A DNA stretch of 63,739 bases, filler included, from Octopus bimaculoides (GCF_001194135.2; 4 parts of 4 records of this genome joined end to end with filler, not necessarily neighbours in it); one strand, 5' to 3'; positions 50,341 through 62,232 are shown, counted from the whole stretch's first letter. The notes: a model not told the origin generated them from the sequence alone. Numbers and translations: made by a program.

Positions 50341-51252
50341 NNNNNNNNNNNNNNNNNNNNNNNNNNNNNNNNNNNNNNNNNNNNNNNNNNNNNNNNNNNN
50401 NNNNNNNNNNNNNNNNNNNNNNNNNNNNNNNNNNNNNNNNNNNNNNNNNNNNNNNNNNNNNNNNNNNNNNNNNNNNNNNNNNNNNNNNNNNNNNNNNNNN
50501 NNNNNNNNNNNNNNNNNNNNNNNNNNNNNNNNNNNNNNNNNNNNNNNNNNNNNNNNNNNNNNNNNNNNNNNNNNNNNNNNNNNNNNNNNNNNNNNNNNNN
50601 NNNNNNNNNNNNNNNNNNNNNNNNNNNNNNNNNNNNNNNNNNNNNNNNNNNNNNNNNNNNNNNNNNNNNNNNNNNNNNNNNNNNNNNNNNNNNNNNNNNN
50701 NNNNNNNNNNNNNNNNNNNNNNNNNNNNNNNNNNNNNNNNNNNNNNNNNNNNNNNNNNNNNNNNNNNNNNNNNNNNNNNNNNNNNNNNNNNNNNNNNNNN
50801 NNNNNNNNNNNNNNNNNNNNNNNNNNNNNNNNNNNNNNNNNNNNNNNNNNNNNNNNNNNNNNNNNNNNNNNNNNNNNNNNNNNNNNNNNNNNNNNNNNNN
50901 NNNNNNNNNNNNNNNNNNNNNNNNNNNNNNNNNNNNNNNNNNNNNNNNNNNNNNNNNNNNNNNNNNNNNNNNNNNNNNNNNNNNNNNNNNNNNNNNNNNN
51001 NNNNNNNNNNNNAGAAGAAGAAGAAGAAGAAGAAGAAAAAATATCAGAAAGAAATTCATGGCTAAGACAAATTTGTTCTGAGAAAAGTGAAACATATATC
51101 TTTGATATATTCATCAATGTACTCTGCTATTATCTCGAGAATTCTACATTCTCCACCCCCACCCACCTCTCGTTCTCTCCCTACTTCTCCTTACCTCTGG
51201 CCCTTTGCCACACCCACCCTCTCTCTCACTATCGCTCGTTCTTTCGATCTCT

Positions 51253-51284
<32 letters not shown>

Positions 51285-51675
51285 TCCTTGATTTGCTCTA
51301 TTTCTTCTTTTGCTCTGCAGAGCGTAAGACACACGCACACGCGCACACACACGTATGCACACGCACACACACGTGTACACACGCACACATACACTCACAC
51401 GCACACTCACGCAATCTCTCTCCCTTTCTGTCACTATATCTATATACCTATCTAACTCACTCTTTCACATGCACACACACACATATACACACACACATAC
51501 GCATACTCTCTCTTTCACTCACTCACTCACTCTATCTTTCTATCTATCTATATATCTCTTCCACACTCTCACACACATATATACATACACAGACACGCAC
51601 ACACGCTCTCTCTCTCTGTCCTTGTCTATCTAACTCTCCCCTTCACACGCTCGCGCACACATATATACATACACA

Positions 51676-51715
<40 letters not shown>

Positions 51716-52084
51716 TTCTCTCTCTTTCTATCTAATTCTCTCTTCCACACACACATATACACACACAAAATAGAGAAACAATTGTGTGTGATGTGTGTGT
51801 GTATTTGTGTGCATTATACTTAGATACACACACATACATACACACCTATGTGTATGTACATTGATATCTAGTATAATATGACAATGGTTCGAATTCCAGT
51901 AAGTGATATTTTTCATTAAACCACTTCGGAAGTGATGGAATTTAGAACTTATACCACTCATTTTTGTATAGTTTTACAAGTTGTTTTTTTATTGATCTGG
52001 CACTATTTCAATAATGAGAGTCTAAAACCAGGCCGTTCCTCTAAAATAGCTATTTTTAAAATGGAAATATGTCACAATATCGTA

Positions 52085-52420
52085 GCACTTCGTCGGTTAC
52101 GACGACGGGGATTCCAGTTGATCCGATCAACGGAACTCGTGAAATTAACGTGCAAGTGGCTGAGCACTCTACAGACACGTGTACCCTTAACGTAGTTCTC
52201 GGGGAGATTCAGCGTGACAGAGGCACAACAGAAACAGGAAGAAAGAGTGAGAGAAAGTTGTGGTGGAAGAATACGGCAGGGTTCGCCACCACACCCTGCC
52301 GGAGCCACGTAGAGCTTTAGGTGTTTTCGCTCAATAAACATTTACAACGCCGGTCTGGAAATCGAAACCGCGATCCTACGACCGCGAGTCCGCTGCCCTA
52401 ACCACTGGGCCATTGCGCCT
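52085..52420 (-). mobile_element. SINE family C with tail T, full length (small internal deletions)
   Basis: tRNA-like head aggcgcaatggcccagtggttagggcagcggactcgcggtcgtaggatcgcggtttcgatttcc; aligns with 56191-56562. Confidence 0.9.
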
Positions 52421-52948
52421 CCACATATCACAATGTATTTCTAGAGTAAACGGCCTGTTAATNNNNNNNNNNNNNNNNNNNNNNNNNNNNNNNNNNNNNN
52501 NNNNNNNNNNNNNNNNNNNNNNNNNNNNNNNNNNNNNNNNNNNNNNNNNNNNNNNNNNNNNNNNNNNNNNNNNNNNNNNNNNNNNNNNNNNNNNNNNNNN
52601 NNNNNNNNNNNNNNNNNNNNNNNNNNNNNNNNNNNNNNNNNNNNNNNNNNNNNNNNNNNNNNNNNNNNNNNNNNNNNNNNNNNNNNNNNNNNNNNNNNNN
52701 NNNNNNNNNNNNNNNNNNNNNNNNNNNNNNNNNNNNNNNNNNNNNNNNNNNNNNNNNNNNNNNNNNNNNNNNNNNNNNNNNNNNNNNNNNNNNNNNNNNN
52801 NNNNNNNNNNNNNNNNNNNNNNGCTTCCAAGGACGATTTATTCCCCTCCCCACAAATATCTCGAAATTCCATGTTCTTAGCGTTCATTTGTTGCAACTTT
52901 CAAGTTGTGTGTGTGTTTTTTCTCTTTATAATTTAGGGATTATTTAAA

Positions 52949-53370
52949 GGCAGCGAGCTGGCAGAATTGTTAGCACGCTGGGCGATATGTTTAGCGGTAT
53001 TTTGTCTGTCAATACGTTCTGAGTTCAAATTCCGCTGAGGTCAACTTTGCCTTTCATCCCTTCGAGGTCAATTAAATAAGTACCAGTTACGCACTGGGGT
53101 CGATGTAATCGACTTAATTCGTTTGTCTGTCCTTGTTTGTCCCCTTTGTGTGTAGCTCCTTGTGGGCAGTAAAAAAATAAGAAACGTTAGCACGCCGGGC
53201 GAAATGCTTAGCGGTATTTTGTCTGTCTTCATGTTCTGAGTTCAAATTCCGTTGGAGTCGACTTCGCCTTTCGGGGTCGATAAAATAAGTACCAGCTGAG
53301 TACTGGGTACGATGTAATTGACTATTCCCCTCCCTCAAATTTCAGGCCTTGCGCCTACATTAGAAGCGAT
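52949..53370 (+). mobile_element. Head-to-tail family A dimer (A1 + A2)
   Basis: A1 52949-53179, then agaaacgttagcacgccgggcg.. continuing through a complete A2 tail. Confidence 0.9.
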
Positions 53371-53442
53371 AACTTAGAGTTAATTTTGACCGGTCACCTT
53401 CTTAGTAGCAAGGCCTTGAAGAAGATCATCTTGTTTTGTTCA

Positions 53443-54345
53443 TTATCTTTTGAATCTTAGAAAGGTCTTGCAGATATTTTACAGACCCAGATACCATAGT
53501 CATTTGTAGCCTGTGAATTAAAAAGTGGCATTCCTTCTTGAATAACTAATATCCAGTCAGATTTTACTCCAGGAGGGTCGGTATGTATCCTGTTGCTCCA
53601 ATAATAACAGGTACAAAAACTAGAATTGTATCTTGGGTACTGGATTTGAAAACTCCTTATCAAGGGTATATAAACATTTTCTCTTGTATTTTTCTAACTA
53701 CATTGGTGTTGCGAATAGCTTATTTCTACAACAGAGCATGTTCTATTTTCTCGTGGTCCCACACAACGATATCTGGTCGGTTGTGTTTTAACTTGATGGC
53801 TATTTTAATTTTTGAGTTCCACCAATATTCTTTCGACTCATCTGTCTCAATCTAGTCAACTTGGTCTGTTGGTATTTTCATTTTTCCTTATTCTGTTTCA
53901 ACCACCACATCACGCCTCTTGGGAAAACGATATCTGGAAGACATTCTCCCGCAGCTGGCAATAACGTAAGAGATGTCTTCAGTCTTGGCTTTGAACAGCA
54001 AACACTTGTTGTCCGTCAACATTTTCTGCCTTTTCTGCTGTAGGTACGAGGCGGAGATCTCTTCTTGTTGAATTGCATAGAGGTAGCCTTTCAAAATGGC
54101 ATATCATAAAATTGTCGGCACTCAACGCTAAGCACTGAATCTGATTTATTTCCTCTATGGCTTATGTCTTTCGTACAAAGTATCCATGGACTACTTTCTC
54201 AGTGAACTTGTCCAATTGTTTTTTAGTTGTTGCTCTGATAAATAGAATTTACCAGAGCTCCTTGGGGAGAGATCCGTATCAGCTCCTATTTCATGTTTCA
54301 CCTCGAGTTCATTAGCAGTTCTAATGTATCTATGCATATGCCTCT
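53443..54345 (-). pseudogene. R4/Dong-like RLE-type non-LTR retrotransposon, C-terminal region with frameshifts
   Basis: HFE/GYLYAIQQEEIS..KC...K.EDIS.VIASC (decayed CCHC knuckle), RRDVV (RHD), EYWWNSKIK..KHNRPDIVVWD..CSVVEIS (PD..E nuclease), VPVIIGATGYIP, VSGSVK/ICKTFLRFKR*. Confidence 0.8.
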
Positions 54346-54563
54346 GTATGTATGGATATGTACGTCTGTATGTACGTACACACACACATATATATTATAT
54401 AATTTAAGATTATTTTCAAGTGCTTGTCTTAATTAAATCTACTTATGATATTGTTGTATATATTTAATGCATTAGAATCTGATTCTTTTCACTTCAAGCT
54501 TTCTCGCTTATCATTTTGCACAAAAGCATTTTCCGTATAACTGCGTAATATTTCTCTACACTA

Positions 54564-54635
<72 letters not shown>

Positions 54636-54666
54636 CTCTGTCTCTCTCTATCTATCTATCAAAATG

Positions 54667-54742
<76 letters not shown>

Positions 54743-55155
54743 CACATACACACTCACATACACACACACGCACACGCACGCACACACACACGCACACACA
54801 CATAAGATATATATCTACGTATGTATGTATGTATGTATGTATGTACAAGCGCGTGTGTGAGGTATGTTTATCCTCAGTTATCATGTGAAGAAAAGAAAGA
54901 TGATAGTAATGATGATGACGATGATGATGGTGATGGGTTGGGGGAGGTGGGGGTTGTGAAAAAGAGACCAGAGTGAAACGGAGAAATACATAGCATATAT
55001 ATATATATGTGTGTGTATGTATTTGTGCGTGTGTGTGTATACATGTGTTTATGCGTGTATGCATATATACACACGCACACACACACACACATATAAAATA
55101 CTCGTACGCGCAGACAAACATACACACATTCTACATATATATTTTACAATTATTG

Positions 55156-55220
<65 letters not shown>

Positions 55221-55754
55221 ACAATAAGAGAGAAAGACACTGCGAAAGAAAGAAAGAACGAGAGATGAAGATGAGGGCCGAGATGGAGAAATATAATGAG
55301 AGAGAGAGAGAGAGAGGGAGAGAGAGAGAGGGAGAGAGAGGGAGGGAGAGAGAGAGAGAGAGAACCACAAAGTTGACCTTCTGTTTGGCAAGAATTATGG
55401 TGTAACTTGAGATGATAATTTTCATACAAAGATATATGACGGAGCGGTTTGTGATTTAAGTGGTCTTTCCCTTAATACATTGTTCACAGCCCTGCCTTAT
55501 TTGTGTCACAAACCTCCTATTTATCAATCTCCACACCCCCCCTATTCCTCCCTCTCCAGCCCCTTTTTGTAATGCATGTCCTTCCTACCAAGTCACATGT
55601 ACCTGGTTTAGTAAAGACACCGAGAGAGGCCGTTGCAATGCTGGAAATTCGCTAAGACGTTTGCTAGCGTTTTAAGAAGAATCCTCAGTAACGTATACCC
55701 TTAATTATACCTCTTTAATTTATTATTTTTTTTTGTATTTTTGTTTTATCTTAA

Positions 55755-55919
55755 ACTTGTTTCGGTCATTGGACTACAGCCATGCTGGATCACCGCTTTG
55801 AAGGCTTTCGGTTGAGCGAATCGACTGCAGAACTTATCTTTTAAAGTTTCGTACTTATTCCATCGGATCGCTAATGTACCGGGGCGTAAACACACCAATA
55901 CAGGTTATCAAACAGTGAT

Positions 55920-55922
<3 letters not shown>
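55755..55922 (-). mobile_element. SINE family B 3' half followed by long (CA)n
   Basis: acttgtttcggtcattggactacagccatgctggatcaccgc..cgtaaacacacc; the (CA)n at 55922-56000 corresponds to the internal microsatellite position. Confidence 0.8.
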
Positions 55923-56000
<78 letters not shown>

Positions 56001-56003
<3 letters not shown>

Positions 56004-56189
56004 GTGGTCTGATCAACGAGTATCCGGACTGTTGCCATAGTAACGAAGTTAAAGCACGCAGAGTAAAGCCGCTCGGCAAAGATTGATCTTGAACTCTGCA
56101 TGCGCACTAAGTTTTAACGTTCTGGCTTACAACCGCTGTTTACAGCAGTGCTTGGAAGGAACGTGTGTAGCGTGTGATCGTCGCATTGA
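56001..56189 (+). mobile_element. 5' end of a mariner-like DNA transposon
   Basis: Starts TA-cgtggtctgatcaacgagtatccggact, a mariner-like TIR; interrupted by the family C SINE at 56190. No right end seen. Confidence 0.5.
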
Positions 56190-56190
56190 T

Positions 56191-56562
56191 TCCGTCGGTT
56201 ACGACGTCGAGGGTTCCAGTTGATCCGATCAACGGAACAGCCTGCTCGTGAAATTAACGTGCAAGTGGCTGAGCACTCTGCGGACCCGTGTACCCTTAAC
56301 ATAGTTCTCGGGGATATTCAGCGTGACACAGAATGTGACAAGGCTGGCCCCTTTGAAATACAGGTACAACAGAAACAGGAAGAAGGAGTGAGAGAAAGTT
56401 GTGGCGGAAGATTACAGCAGGGTTCGCCACCATCCCCTGCCGGAGCCTCGTGGAGCTTTAGGTGTTTTCGCTCAATAAACTCTCACAACGTCCGGTCTGG
56501 GAATCGAAACCGCGATTCTATGACTGCGAGTCCGCTGCCCTAACTGCTGGGCCATTGCGCCT
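56191..56562 (-). mobile_element. SINE family C with tail T, full length
   Basis: Head, body and the tail ..gatcggatcaactggaaccctcgacgtcgtaaccgacgga are all present. Confidence 0.9.
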
Positions 56563-56919
56563 ACACAATGGCCCAGCATGTATGTATGTATGTATGTATG
56601 TATGTATGTGTGTGTATGTATGTATGTATGTATGTATGTGTATGTGTGTGTGTGTATCTATATATAATATATACACCGTTAAAATGCTAAGCATACTCAC
56701 CATTTGCAATAACAATGACACTAACAACAGCAACAACAACAACAACACCAGCAGCGGCAACAACAACAACAACAACTACAGCAAATCGCCATCATCAGCA
56801 CCGAACACTACCACCACAGCATCAAAAATAAGACCACCAACACCCAAACACCAACGATGACAACAACAACAACAACAACATGATGACAAGCAATTAAAAG
56901 TAAAGATAAGCCAGGATTT

Positions 56920-57037
56920 TGGGGTTCGAATGATACGATCATTCGACCGCAAACGTGGTTTCTAAAGGAAGTTGGATTACTGACGTCATATTGCCTTTCA
57001 GCCAATCAGATTGTAAACGTCTGCTGCAGGCCTAATC
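56920..57037. promoter_or_regulatory. Candidate promoter/enhancer motif cluster (ETS core, CRE, CCAAT box)
   Basis: GGAAGT at 56967-56972, palindromic TGACGTCA at 56981-56988, AGCCAATCAG at 57000-57009, in non-repeat sequence directly before a ~600-N gap. Confidence 0.35.
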
Positions 57038-57702
57038 NNNNNNNNNNNNNNNNNNNNNNNNNNNNNNNNNNNNNNNNNNNNNNNNNNNNNNNNNNNNNNN
57101 NNNNNNNNNNNNNNNNNNNNNNNNNNNNNNNNNNNNNNNNNNNNNNNNNNNNNNNNNNNNNNNNNNNNNNNNNNNNNNNNNNNNNNNNNNNNNNNNNNNN
57201 NNNNNNNNNNNNNNNNNNNNNNNNNNNNNNNNNNNNNNNNNNNNNNNNNNNNNNNNNNNNNNNNNNNNNNNNNNNNNNNNNNNNNNNNNNNNNNNNNNNN
57301 NNNNNNNNNNNNNNNNNNNNNNNNNNNNNNNNNNNNNNNNNNNNNNNNNNNNNNNNNNNNNNNNNNNNNNNNNNNNNNNNNNNNNNNNNNNNNNNNNNNN
57401 NNNNNNNNNNNNNNNNNNNNNNNNNNNNNNNNNNNNNNNNNNNNNNNNNNNNNNNNNNNNNNNNNNNNNNNNNNNNNNNNNNNNNNNNNNNNNNNNNNNN
57501 NNNNNNNNNNNNNNNNNNNNNNNNNNNNNNNNNNNNNNNNNNNNNNNNNNNNNNNNNNNNNNNNNNNNNNNNNNNNNNNNNNNNNNNNNNNNNNNNNNNN
57601 NNNNNNNNNNNNNNNNNNNNNNNNNNNNNNNNNNNTATAATACAAATAATAAATGAGTATATGCATATATACGTACATGTATGTACATACCTACATCTAC
57701 AT

Positions 57703-57932
57703 GTATATATGGATGCATATCTGGGTACAGGACGTTGCAAAGAAACGTGGACAAAATGATAAACAGAGTACAGAAAACACACAGGCCACATAGAGAACAT
57801 TTCCTTCATCAGCCCCCCCCCCTCATCATCGCTTGACAACCGATGCTAGTGTGTTTACGTCCCCGTAACTGTACGGTTCGACAAAAGAGACCGATAGAAC
57901 AAGTACTAGGCTTACAAAGAATAAGTCCTGGG
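57703..57932. mobile_element. Unclassified repeat fragment (57703-57813, possibly PLE-related) joined to a family B 3' half (57813-57932)
   Basis: The - strand of the first part carries CTGATGAAG without a downstream stem II/GAAA. The B part is catcgcttgacaaccgatgctagtgtgtttacgtcccc..aagaataagtcctggg. Confidence 0.55.
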
Positions 57933-58125
57933 CTACTATAGCAGTTGAAGTCGTGAAGTATACAACTTTAAAGTTTGTAATCACATTGGTCACTCTTTAA
58001 TGTGTTACAAGACTTACAGATTTTTGCTGTTACTGATGAAGAAGTTTTCAGGTCAATGCTTTGAATTATATCATTAGAATAAGCTTATATATTTGAAGTA
58101 AAGCAGTCTGTGTTGCTTGATAGTT

Positions 58126-58366
58126 TTTGATTTCGGTGGGGGAGGGGGCAAATCGATAGCATCACCCCCCCATACCCCAGTGCTCAACTTCTGCTTATTT
58201 AATCGACTCCGAAAGGATGACAGGCAAAGTCGACCTCGGCGAAATTTGAACTCAGAACTACCGCAAAGTAGTTCGCCAGCTGATCGCTTTGTTTCTGATT
58301 GCGTCCTTGAGCAAGACACTTTATTTCACGTTGCTTCAGTCCACTCGGCTGGCAAAAATGAGTAGC
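58126..58366. mobile_element. Family A fragment (-, 58126-58283) and family D CORE-like fragment (+, 58299-58366)
   Basis: ccgaaaggatgacaggcaaagtcgacctcggcgaaatttgaactcag; gtccttgagcaagacactttatttcacgttgcttcagtccactc. Confidence 0.8.
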
Positions 58367-59046
58367 AGTGGTGTTAGTGGTGGTGTTCGAGGTGTTGGTG
58401 GTTGTGGTGACAATGACTGCGGTGGTGGTGGTAGTGATGGCATTAGGAATGGTGGTTCTGATGAAGGTGGTAGTGGTGACGGAGGTGGTGATGGTAGTGG
58501 TAGTAGTAATAGTCGTGGTAGCAGTGGCAATGATGGTGCTGGCGGTGGTGTCGGTTGTACTAGTGGTGTCTTTATTGTCTAAGTTTATCGTTAAAAAAAA
58601 ATGAAAAAAAAANNNNNNNNNNNNNNNNNNNNNNNNNNNNNNNNNNNNNCCTCACTGGTCAGTCCGGTGTTGCCATCCACCGCCGCCGCCGCCAAACCTT
58701 TCCTCCCCGCCACAATCCCCACACCTCCGCACCGTCCGATTCCAGCCGTTATTTTTGGTATTCCGTTCTACGGGATTAATAAAAAGGACAAAAAAATATA
58801 GAAATATATTAAAAAAAAATCAGAAAAAGAAAATTCTTCATGATCAAAAAAACCCGACTCAAGATTACAAGATCTGATCATTGTGACTCATAGGAACAAG
58901 ACAACAACAACACCAACAGCAACATCAAGTACTACGACAACAACAATAGAAGCGAAAACACAAAGGAATTAGGATAACAATAAAAACAACAACAACCATA
59001 CACAAAATCCTTAATCTCTGTTGGTTTCCTGCAAATATTCTCTCAT

Positions 59047-59146
59047 NNNNNNNNNNNNNNNNNNNNNNNNNNNNNNNNNNNNNNNNNNNNTTAATTAATT
59101 AANNNNNNNNNNNNNNNNNNNNNNNNNNNNNNNNNNNNNNNNNNNN
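59047..59146. other. Artificial scaffold spacer N44-TTAATTAATTAA-N44
   Basis: Identical to 30644-30743. Confidence 0.95.
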
Positions 59147-59833
59147 TATATATACATATACATATACGTATGTATGCATATTAGTGTGCATGGGCATGTG
59201 CGTGTATGTATATATGTGTCTGCGTGTATGTACTTGCTAGAAATGCACTTGTCCGTAGCGTAATTCAGACATAATAGCGATAGTTTTGCCTATTTATTAA
59301 AATAGACTATTTATACATTGCTTTAAAAACTTTATTTTGTCTTAAATAATATTTTGATTCTGTATGTCATGTCTATCTCCTGTTATCACGACCTCAACAC
59401 TTCCCTCGCCTCCGCTCGTCGTCATTGTGCAATGATGTAAAATAGGCGAAAGTTCACACAGATGGAGGCGATGGAATGTAGTTCATTTAATCAACTCTAT
59501 CTCTTGTATGTAGATGGTACTTTACGAACTAACGAGGGTGTCTACTGTCACTAACTGCAAACCTATGTCACAATTATCAGCAATGACACGTTAAAGGCTT
59601 CTAGGGGTGAGTGATGGACTTCGAAAAAGAAAAAAGGAAAAAGTTAAAAAATCCCCCCTGCAATACTCTGTTATAAAATGCTTGCGTGGCTGGAAGGCAA
59701 TAAGTTTGCTGCTCAACCCCGTGGTTCCAGATTCAGTCTTACTTCGGGACACCTTGAGCAGGTGTTTTCTCCAATAGCGCCCGACAGATTGATGCCTTGT
59801 GAGTGGATTTTGGTTGACAGAAACTGAAAGAAG

Positions 59834-60059
59834 GCGGTGAGCTGGCAGAATCGTTAGCACACCGGGCGAAATGCTTAGCGGCATTTCGTCTGCCTTTACG
59901 TTCTGAGTTCAAATTCCGCCGAGGTCGACGTTGCCTTTTATCCTTTCGGGGTCGATAAATAAAGTACCGGTTACGCACTGGGGTCGATGTAATCGACTTA
60001 ATCCCTTTGTCCTTGTTTGTCCCCTCTATGTTTAGCCCCTTGTGGGCAATAAAGAAATA
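59834..60059 (+). mobile_element. Family A1 SINE nested in family B with a 15-bp TSD
   Basis: agaaactgaaagaag at 59819-59833 and 60060-60074. Confidence 0.95.
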
Positions 60060-60106
60060 AGAAACTGAAAGAAGCTCATCATATATATGAGTGTGTGTGT
60101 GTGTGT

Positions 60107-60148
<42 letters not shown>

Positions 60149-60161
60149 GTGTGCGTATCTA

Positions 60162-60377
60162 CGAGGGTGTGCTGAAAAATACCTAGCTTTGGTTAAAAAA
60201 AAATGCAGGAAGACCAGTTAATTATGATTTTATTCACCATGTTTCCCTCTCAAATTCATACATTCTTGCAGCTGTCCTTCAGTTTTTCTAAGCCCTGTAA
60301 AAGAACTCGGAAGGTCGGGCCTCCAGCCAGGCATTTCGCGATATCTTTAAAGCCTGGAACTTTTCAACACCTCCTCG
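60162..60377. mobile_element. Complete mariner-type MITE (216 bp) with TA TSD
   Basis: TA-cgagggtgtgctgaaaaatacctagcttt ... aaagcctggaacttttcaacacctcctcg-TA; imperfect ~29-bp TIRs starting CGAGG as in irritans-type mariners. Confidence 0.9.
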
Positions 60378-60773
60378 TATATATACATACTTATATATGT
60401 GAGTGGGGTGTTTGACCTACACCACCGCTTGACAACCGGTGTTGGTTTATATACGTTCCTACAACTTAGCAGTTAGAGAAAGAGACCGATAGAATAAATA
60501 CCAGGCTTTAAAATATAAGTAATACGATCGATTCGTTCAGCTAAACTCTTCATGGTGGTGCCCCCGCACAGCCGCTCTCCAGTGACAGAAACAAGTAAAA
60601 GATAGGCATTTACTTCAAAGCAAACATGAAGCTAAGATGGTTCGCCATCACTGCTCCACGCTGCTAAACATTTTTTAGAATTAATAATTCTAGGGATGCA
60701 TATGCTGAATTCCAGCGCCAAAATCTCTTCCTAATCATTCAAACAACAACTTTTTCTTTTTTTTATCTCCTAT

Positions 60774-61172
60774 AGGCGTAGGAGGGGTTGCGTAGCAACC
60801 ACATGGTTCCGGGTTCAGTCCCACTGTGTGGCACATTGGGCAAGTGTCTTCTACTATAGCCTCGGGCCGATCAAAGCCTTGTAAGTGGATTTGGTAGACG
60901 GAAACTGAAAGAAGCCCGTCGTATATATGTATATGTATATGTATGTGTATGTGTATATGTTTGTGTGTCTGTGTTTGTCCCCACCCCAACATCGCTCAAC
61001 AACCGATGATGGTGTGTTTACGTCCCCGTAACTTAGCGGTTCGGCAAAAGAGACGGATAGAATATGTACTAGGCTTACAAAGAATAAGTCCTGAGGTCAA
61101 TATGCTCGACTAAAGGCGGTGCTCCAGCATGGCCACAGTCAAATGACTGAAACAAGTAAAAGAGTAAAGGAG
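60774..61172 (+). mobile_element. SINE family B, full length (tRNA head, CORE-like block, internal microsatellite, 3' tail)
   Basis: B box gggttcagtccc, gcacattgggcaagtgtctt (CORE-like), (TA/TG)n at about 60921-60975, end tgactgaaacaagtaaaagag. CORE-SINEs are known from octopus, but I cannot confirm the family name. Confidence 0.9.
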
Positions 61173-61300
61173 TATCAAACTACATCATATTATTCCTTTC
61201 CGACATTTCTGATGATTGCTGGGGCTGGTTCTCCACTTCTGGTATGAAACCAGCGGGTAAATAAACTATTATGAGACTATATGCATATATACAGTCCTGT

Positions 61301-61364
<64 letters not shown>

Positions 61365-61630
61365 TCAATTAAAAACATATAAGGACAAAGACAGGACGAA
61401 GGTTACAAAAGGTTTTGTCCGAAAAGGTAGGAAAGTTCGTCTAAACATAGGAAGAAAACGGAGAAAGATATAAATAAATAGATAAATAAATAAGTGGAAC
61501 TCCCAAAGGGGGAGGCGCTTCGAAAAAGGAAAGGTTACACGTGGAAAAAACCCATAAAACCACGGGAGCCTGGTCAGAAAAAATAAGAAAGGGGTATAGA
61601 GCCCTTTCTCCTTTTACATTACCTTTTTTT

Positions 61631-61730
61631 NNNNNNNNNNNNNNNNNNNNNNNNNNNNNNNNNNNNNNNNNNNNTTAATTAATTAANNNNNNNNNNNNNN
61701 NNNNNNNNNNNNNNNNNNNNNNNNNNNNNN
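61631..61730. other. Artificial scaffold spacer N44-TTAATTAATTAA-N44
   Basis: Identical to 30644-30743. Confidence 0.95.
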
Positions 61731-61980
61731 GGACTGGCTCTTGTGCGGGTGGCACATAAAAGACACCATTTCGAGCGTGGCCGTTTTCGTGCGGGTGACA
61801 CATAAAAGCACCCACTACACTCTCTGAGTGGTTGGCGTTAGGAAGGGCATCCAGCTGTAGAAACTCTGCCAAATTAGATTGGAGCCTGGTGTAGCCATCC
61901 GGTTGCACCAGTCCTCAGTCAAATCGTCCAACCCATGCTAGCATGGAAAGCGGACGTTAAACGATGATGATGATGATGAT
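61731..61980 (+). mobile_element. Family G SINE (RTE-related appearance) 3' part with (GAT)n tail
   Basis: ggttggcgttaggaagggcatccagctgtagaaac..gcggacgttaaac(gat)n; about 98% identical to the inverted copy at 63433-63610. Confidence 0.85.
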
Positions 61981-62232
61981 GTGTGGGATGTGCTCACTTT
62001 TGTTTTTGACTAGTGAGTCATCTTCAGTGTTGTGATCGGTTAATGCTTCTGTGAGTCTTAATTTTCTACAGAATTCCGTTATACTGTCCTTCACTTCATT
62101 TTGGTTGGCTCTGCGTGGAGTTGGGGTGAATTTTAGCCCTTTTGAGAAGATGTCTATCTTTATGCTTGAAAGAGATTTGGTTGAGAGATTGATTATCTTC
62201 GGTTTTTCATTGCTAACACATTTAAATAAAGA
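61981..62232 (-). pseudogene. Penelope-like element ORF, N-terminal region (not in the ORF track)
   Basis: Stop-free frame KPKIINLSTKSLSSIKIDIFSKGLKFTPTPRRANQNEVKDSITEFCRKLRLTEAL matches the PLE motif iiNLS..L...e..ll.kGL.F.PTp......F.RklRl; cut by the family G SINE. Confidence 0.75.

Larger units (their letters stand above)
59684..60604 (+). mobile_element. Diverged family B SINE interrupted by two nested insertions
   Basis: 5' half 59684-59833, resumes 60075-60159 (internal microsatellite), 3' half 60380-60604. Confidence 0.8.

Noticed and set aside
58289-58604. Gly/Ser/Asp-rich ORF (GGT/GAT repeats)
   Set aside because: Begins inside a SINE fragment and continues as a degenerate (GGT)n repeat.
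61202-61265. Second hammerhead-like string CTGATGA..GAAAC-CAGCG-GGTA
   Set aside because: The core words and a 3-bp stem III are present, but stem I has only 2 pairs and stem II is mostly G-U wobbles; likely chance or too decayed to call.
61381-61630. Possible L1/Tx1 3'UTR on the - strand with slight similarity to the A1 tail
   Set aside because: The similarity (ctgtc..tttgtcc..tatgttt) is short and low-complexity, and the sequence is cut by an artificial spacer.
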